A stretch of 64,000 nt of DNA from Eledone cirrhosa. Lineage: Eukaryota. This document shows positions 55,798 to 64,000 of the stretch, one piece after another. Position numbers and translations under genes: made by a program. Numbering within the stretch: the stretch's first letter is position 1; every line of letters begins with the position of its first letter. The notes below the pieces were generated by a model. That model saw only the letters and a list, made by a program, of their open reading frames with translations, searched no databases and was not told where the DNA came from. Location of the stretch: the NCBI GenBank assembly GCA_964016885.1, contig OZ024749.1, positions 39,618,001 to 39,682,000 of the forward strand, given 5' to 3'.

Positions 55798-55858
55798 TAT
55801 TTTATCTGACGAAAGCGTACTTAAATATTAGTACCCTTGAAATACGTATAATAAAATA
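55798..55858 (+). ncRNA. Hammerhead, family 1
   Basis: tattttat CTGACGA aagcgtact-taaatatt-agtaccctt GAAA tacgta TA ataaaata; perfect 8-bp stem I, palindromic loop 3. Confidence 0.85.
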
Positions 55859-55899
55859 AATATGGTTTTATAAAGATATTTTCCATTTATTAATATTAT

Positions 55900-55971
<72 letters not shown>

Positions 55972-56289
55972 ATTGTTAAGTTAACTCAACAAGTTATGAC
56001 TTAGAGTTTTTCGTTCTCTCCCCTTCTCTCTGTCTCCTCTCTCTCTATATATATTTCTCTCTCTGTTGTTTTGGTCTCTCTCTCTCTTTTCTCTCTCTCT
56101 CTCTTTCTCTCTCTCCTTCTTTATCTTTCTCTTTCTCCGTAACCCAACGGCTTATTTTAAAAATAAAAATATCCAATACTAATAATAATATAATTAAAGC
56201 TACAACTCCACTATCCGGGAGCTTCCAACAGTAATGGTTGCATTTTTGAAGGGTATGTCAATATTTATTTATAAAACTGATTATATTGA

Positions 56290-56352
56290 ATTTTATCTGA
56301 TGAAAGCACACCATAATTTAACTTGGTGTCCTTGAAATATGTATAATGAAAT
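56290..56352 (+). ncRNA. Hammerhead, family 1
   Basis: attttat CTGATGA aagcacacca...tggtgtcctt GAAA tatgta TA atgaaat. Confidence 0.8.
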
Positions 56353-56444
56353 AAAAATGGTTTTATAAATATAGTTTCCATTTGTTAATATCGTATATAT
56401 ATATATATATATTTATATAAAGAGAGAGAGAAAGAGAGAGATAA

Positions 56445-56501
<57 letters not shown>

Positions 56502-57129
56502 GCCAGTAGCTGAATGGTACTTTCTTTAAACACTGAGGAAGTACGAATATCTAGAAGTACAATGAGTAAAAAAAATATGTTCATTGGGGGTTAATTTATA
56601 TCGACATTTGATGTGAGGGAGATATGAGTGAGATGTGGCTACTAATTCTAGCCGGTCTAGTAATCACATAGAGGCTCCTACTTAGGGTACTTGCCTAAGT
56701 GGTAAATCTGTTTATCGGAGAAGTTATATAGCTTCAGTTAGATGAATGTGTCTACGTGACATTGATGACGTCATACTGACATCATTCAATTGACCAATGA
56801 AGGGAGAGACGTAGACAGACGTTATGGCTGACTTCTGGATGGCACCTCACTTTCCTACCTCTTTTGAAGATGATAGTAAAGATCATGAATTGGAATGAGG
56901 ATGGTGGCTGGCGGTGATGATGGCGGCGGTGATGGTGGTGTTGATGGTGGTGGTGACGATGGTGGCGGCGGTGATGGTGGTGATGATGGTAGTGAGGGTG
57001 GTGGTGATGATGGTGGCGGGGATGATGGTGGCGGGGATGATGGTGGTGATGATGGTGGAGATGGTGGTGTTGATGACGGTGGTGGTGATGGTGGGGATGG
57101 TGGTGCAGGCGTTGGTGTCTGGATGTATG

Positions 57130-57864
<735 letters not shown>

Positions 57865-57964
57865 GCCATGAGATTGCGTGCAAGATGAATGAAGCTCCAT
57901 AATGTATTTGGTAAAGAAGTGAAGTTTTTCCGTGACAAGACAAGAGATCCATTATGATATATTT

Positions 57965-59152
57965 TGGTGGTGGTGGTGGTGGTGGTGGTGATGGTGGTGG
58001 TGGTGGTGGTGATGGTGGTGGTGGTGATGGTGGTGGTGGTGGTGGTGGTGGTGGTGATGGTGGTGGTGGTGATGGTGGTGGTGGTGGTGGTGGTGGTGAT
58101 GGTGGTGGTGGTGGTGGTGATGGTGGTGGTGGTGGTGGTGGTGATGGTGGTGGTGGTGGTGGTGATGGTGGTGGTGGTGGTGGTGGTGGTGGTGGTGGTG
58201 GTGGTGGTGGTGGTGGTGATGGTGGTGGTGGTGGTGGTGATGGTGGTGGTGATGGTGGTGGTGGTGGTGGTGGTGGTGATGGTGATGGTGGTGGTGGTGG
58301 TGGTGGTGATGGTGGTGGTGGTGGTGGTGATGGTGGTGGTGGTGGTGGTGGTGGTGGTGGTGGTGGTGGTGGTGGTGGTGGTGATGGTGGTGGTGGTGGT
58401 GGTGGTGATGGTGGTGGTGGTGGTGGTGATGGTGGTGGTGGTGATGGTGGTGGTGGTGGTGGTGGTGGTGATGGTGGTGGTGGTGGTGGTGATGGTGGTG
58501 GTGGTGGTGGTGGTGGTGGTGGTGGTGGTGGTGGTGGTGGTGATGGTGGTGGTGGTGGTGGTGGTGATGGTGGTGGTGGTGGTGGTGATGGTGGTGGTGG
58601 TGGTGGTGGTGGTGGTGGTGGTGGTGGTGGTGGTGGTGGTGATGGTGGTGGTGGTGGTGGTGGTGGTGGTGGTGGTGGTGATGGTGGTGGTGGTGGTGGT
58701 GATGGTGGTGGTGGTTGTGGTGGTGGTGGTGGTGGTGGTGGTGGTTGTGGTGGTGGTGGTGATGGTGGTGGTGGTGGTGGTGATGGTGGTGGTGGTTGTG
58801 GTGGTGGTGGTGGTGGTGGTGGTGGTGGTGGTTGAAGTGGTGGTGGTGGTGGTGGTGGTGGTTGTGGTGGTGGTGGTGATGGTGGTGGTGGTGGTGGTGA
58901 TGGTGGTGGTGGTTGTGGTGGTGGTGGTGGTGGTGGTGGTGGTGGTGGTTGAAGTGGTGGTGGTGGTGGTGGTGGTGGTGGTGGTGGTGGTGGTGGTGGT
59001 GGTAGTGGTGATGAAGATGATGATGACTATTGTAATGAAGACGGCGACGATGGCGCGGGTGACGATTACGACGACGGCGATGAAAATGAAGATGATGATG
59101 ATGATGATGATGGCTATAATGATGACGGCGGAGACGATGACGACGAGAATGG

Positions 59153-59196
<44 letters not shown>

Positions 59197-59200
59197 GTGG

Positions 59201-59237
<37 letters not shown>

Positions 59238-59238
59238 A

Positions 59239-59274
<36 letters not shown>

Positions 59275-59365
59275 CTGATGATAATGATGATGATGATGAT
59301 GGTGGTGATGATGATGATGGTGATGGTGATGATGGTGATGGTGATGATGACAATGATGATGGTGT
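57965..59365. repeat. (GGT)n changing to (GAT)n, ~1.4 kb
   Basis: Read directly. Confidence 0.97.
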
Positions 59366-59464
59366 CGTAGTTGTTGTAGAGTTCTATTTCTTCATTCATT
59401 CATAATCTAAGGTTTATTTATTTTACTCAATTCAGCAGTTACATTGCCTTGCAGACACCTACAC

Positions 59465-59466
<2 letters not shown>

Positions 59467-59510
<44 letters not shown>

Positions 59511-60160
59511 TGTGTGTGTCTGTGTGTGTCTGTGTGTGTGTGTCTGTGTGTGTGTGTGTGCGTGCGTGTGTGTGTGTGTGTGTGTGTGTGTCTGTGTGTG
59601 TGTGTGTGTGCGTGCGTGTGTGTGTGTGTGTCTGTGTGTGTCTGCGTGTGTGTCTGTGTGTGTGTGTCTGTGTGTGTGTCTGTGTGTGTGTGTCTGTGTG
59701 TGTGTGTGTGTGTGTGTGCGTGTGTGTTTGTGTGTGTGTGTCTGTGTGTGTGTGTGCGTGTGTGTGTGCGCGTGTGTGTGTGTCTGTGTGTGTCTGTGTG
59801 TGTGTCTGTGTGTGTGTATGTTTGTGTCTGTGTGTGTGTGTCTGTGTGTATGTGTGTGTGTGTCTGTGTCTGTGTCTGTGTGTGTGTGTATGTTTGTGTC
59901 TGTGTGTGTGTGTCTGTGTGTATGTGTGTATGTATGTATATATGAATGCGTTTATACATCTGTTGTTGTTGTTGTCCCAGTGGTATTAGTTTTTAAGAAT
60001 TGAAGTTGCTCTTGTTGTTGCTATTTATCATCATCATCATAATCACCTTCTTCTTCTTCTTCTTCTTCTTCTTCTTCTTCTTCTTCTTCTTCTTCTTCTT
60101 CTTCTTCTTCTTCTTCTTCTTCTTCTTCTTCTTCTTCTTCTTCTTCTTCTTCTTCTTCTT
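59467..60160. repeat. (TG)n and (CTT)n microsatellites
   Basis: Read directly. Confidence 0.95.
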
Positions 60161-60209
60161 CTGTATATGCAACGAATGTTAGACAATATAAAAAGAAAAA
60201 ATCAAAATC

Positions 60210-60550
60210 CATCATCATCATCATCTGTAGCAGTGTCATCATCATCACCATCATCATCATCTGTAGCAGTGTCATCATCATCACCATCATCATCATCTGT
60301 AGCAGTGTCATCATCATCATCATCATCATCATCATCTGTAGCAGTGTCATCATCATCATCATCATCATCATCTGTAGCAGTGTCATCATCATCAGCATCA
60401 TCATCATCTGTAGCAGTGTCATCATCATCATCATCATCATCTGTAGCAGTGTCATCATCATCATCAGCATCATCATCTGTAGCAGTGTCATCATCATCAT
60501 CATCATCTGTAGCAGTGTCATCACCATCAGCATCATCATCTGTAGCAGTG

Positions 60551-60585
<35 letters not shown>

Positions 60586-60712
60586 TGTAACAGTGTCATC
60601 ATCATCATCAGCATCATCATCATCTGTAACAGTGTCATCATCATCATCATCATCATCATCATCTGTAACAGTGTCATCATCATCATCATCATCATCATCA
60701 TCTGTAACAGTG

Positions 60713-60744
<32 letters not shown>

Positions 60745-60875
60745 TGTAGCAGTGACATCATCATCTGTAGCAGTGTCATCATCATCTGTAGCAGTGTCAT
60801 CATCATCATCATCATCATCATCATCTGTAGCAGTGTCATCACCATCAGCATCATCACCATCAGCATCATCATCAT
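60210..60875. repeat. Minisatellite: ctgtarcagtgt plus variable (CAT)n
   Basis: Read directly. Confidence 0.95.
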
Positions 60876-61014
60876 TAGCAACAGCAACAGCAGCAACAGC
60901 AGCAATAGCAGCAGCAACGGCAATTGTGACAGACGCCATTTTAAATGTGTAAGTTATTTGAAAGAATTAGAAATAGGTCAAGCGAATCTGTCTCTTATCT
61001 CATTATCTTAAGTC

Positions 61015-61223
<209 letters not shown>

Positions 61224-61352
61224 CACGCAAAGATAGTGTGTGTTAATTCATTTTATATACGCATAAATATATACATACATATTAGTATATATATGTCTGT
61301 ATATATGTATGTATATATGTTTATATATATATATACATATATATATATTATA

Positions 61353-61384
<32 letters not shown>

Positions 61385-61397
61385 GTGAGTATGTATT

Positions 61398-61428
<31 letters not shown>

Positions 61429-61741
61429 GTGAGTATGTATTTATATTATAATGTAAAGATTGTGTTCCATTAATTATAATACACACACACACAATTACAC
61501 ATAAACTTGGTGGTTGTGCGTAGGTGGGTGGGTGTGGGTGTATGTGGGTGTGCGTGGGAGGGTGTGAGTGAGGTATGTGTGTGTGTATATGTATTAGTGT
61601 ATGTATGTATGTCTGTATGTATGTGTATGTCTGTGTCTATTACACCATCTCTTTCTTTCTCTGACACACACGCACATACACAATTTCCTTTTTGTTCGCA
61701 CTTTCCCTCTCCCTCTCTCTCTCTTTCTTTCTCTCTCCCCC

Positions 61742-61779
<38 letters not shown>

Positions 61780-61961
61780 GTATCTTCTCTATTTCTCACA
61801 CGTACACACATTTTTCCGCAATTTGTTCCACTATCTATACACCTTATATACACACACACACACGCATACACAGACACAGAGATATATAGATATGCACACA
61901 CAGACACAGGCATAAACAAACTCACTTACACAACCATCCCCCATATACATACATACACACA

Positions 61962-62051
<90 letters not shown>

Positions 62052-62149
62052 ATAAGGGTTCATATAAAAATATTGTGTAAAGAATCATTTCGTAAACTTA
62101 TTGTATATGTGTTTATATACATAAACATTATATATGGAACTATATATAT

Positions 62150-62198
<49 letters not shown>

Positions 62199-62424
62199 TA
62201 TATATTAGTTCATATATGTAACGGTATTGTATATGGGTTCTTACATAAATATATTGTATATAGCATCACATAAATAAATCTATTGTATGAGGTTCATATA
62301 CACAGATATATTGTATATCAAGACCATCTGTGAAAAACATATTGTAATCGCTTTCATGTATGTAAATATATCGTATATATATATAGGTTTCATATACGTA
62401 AACATATGTATATATGTTTAAGTC

Positions 62425-62722
62425 TAAAGTCTGTCTCGAGCCTGAGTGCTCGTCAGGTCAGTGTTTATCCCGGATTCCATGGCTTTAAGCGACTAAGAGT
62501 ACAAACTCACCCAACCCTCCTGGACAGGCCATCAGTCCATCGCAGGGTTAAGCTCCCAGCTATTGCTACTCATTTAGTACTCATTTCCAGTTAAGTTAAC
62601 TGGAGTAACATCAAATGAAGTATTTTGCTGAAGAACACAACACAGAACGCAGTCCAGGAGTTGAACCCCACAACGTTATGGTCGTAAGTCCAACACCCTT
62701 ACCACTAGGACACAAGCCTCCA
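62425..62722 (-). mobile_element. SINE, same family as 7457-7741
   Basis: Shared 'ctggacagg..c..cagtccatcgcag.gttaa', core and tRNA head. Confidence 0.8.
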
Positions 62723-62734
62723 TCGTATATATGA

Positions 62735-63860
62735 GTCCATCAATACAAATGAACATATATGTAAATATATCATATATATATACGTCCATCAATATATGTA
62801 AATATATCGTATATATACGTCCATCAATACAAATGAACATATATGTAAATATATCATATATATACGCCCATCAATATATGTAAATATATCGTATATATAC
62901 GTCCATCAATACAAATGAACATATATGTAAATAAATCGTATATATACGTCCATCAATAAATGTAAATATATCGTATATATACGTCCATCAATACAAATGA
63001 ACATATATGTAAATAAATCGTATATAAAACGTCCATCAATACAAATGAACATATATGTAAATATATCGTATATATACGTCCATCAATAAATGTAAATATA
63101 TCGTATATATACGTCCATCAATACAAATGAACATATATGTAAATATATCGTATATATACGTCCATCAATACAAATGAACATATATGTAAACATATCGTAT
63201 ATATACATCCATCAATACAAATGAACATATATGTAAATATATCGTATATATAGGTCCATCAATACAAATGAACATATATGTAAATAAATCGTATATATAC
63301 GTCCATCAATACAAATGAACATATATGTAAACATATCGTATATATACATCCATCAATACAAATGAACATATATGTAAATATATCGTATATATACGTCCAT
63401 CAATACAAATGAACATTTATGTAAATATATCGTATATATACGTCCATCAATACAAATGAACATATATGTAAATATATCGTATATATACGTCCATCAATAC
63501 AAATGAACATATATGTAAATATATCGTATATATACGTCCATCAATACAAATGAACATATATGTAAATATATCGTATATATACGTCCATCAATACAAATGA
63601 ACATATATGTAAATATATCATATATATATACGTCCATCAATACAAATGAACAGATATGTAAATATATCGTATATATACGTCCATCAATACAAATGAACAT
63701 ATATGTAAATATATCGTATATATACGTCCATCAATACAAATGAACATATATGTAAATATATCATATATATATACGTCCATCAATACAAATGAACATATAT
63801 GTAAATATATCGTATATATACGTCCATCAATACAAATGAACATATATGTTAATATATCGT
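62735..63860. repeat. 47-bp minisatellite with some ~35-bp deleted units
   Basis: Unit gtccatcaatacaaatgaacatatatgtaaatatatcgtatatatac. Confidence 0.97.
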
Positions 63861-64000
63861 ACGTATAGGTTTCATATATGTTAATATAACGTATATAATA
63901 TATGAGTCTATCAATATAAATCAACGCATTATATATATATGAGTCCATATACACAACCATTTAAAATATCTCGAAACATCACACCGTCATTTTGTATTAT

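Noticed and set aside
56762-56795. CRE (TGACGTCA) plus CCAAT box as a promoter
   Set aside because: Short motifs with no linked gene or transcript evidence, inside probable repeat-derived sequence

Overview
This is eukaryotic, AT-rich DNA saturated with microsatellites. The SINE sequences and repeat content suggest an octopus or other cephalopod, which is an inference. Nearly all ORFs in the track are artefacts of simple repeats. Supported content: (i) one plausible host coding exon on the minus strand (43296-43062), encoding the N-terminus of a type II membrane protein and ending at a GTAAG donor; (ii) a decayed Penelope-like element (PLE) reverse transcriptase (about 31590-33168, +) and a separate PLE endonuclease C-terminus with its 3' end (about 29150-30452, -); (iii) several tRNA-derived SINE families, a non-autonomous Helitron, MITEs, a CR1 fragment and RTE-like non-autonomous elements; (iv) many minisatellites and a 200-N gap. 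The main hidden signal is about 17 type-I hammerhead ribozyme (HHR) motifs in at least 6 sequence families. Most have a minimal stem III with a palindromic loop, lie in short non-coding units embedded in (TA)n tracts, and are often arranged as inverted or tandem pairs. A 1.8-kb array of 5' splice-site consensus (CAG|GTGAGT) is also notable. All folds and alignments were done by eye, so coordinates are approximate.
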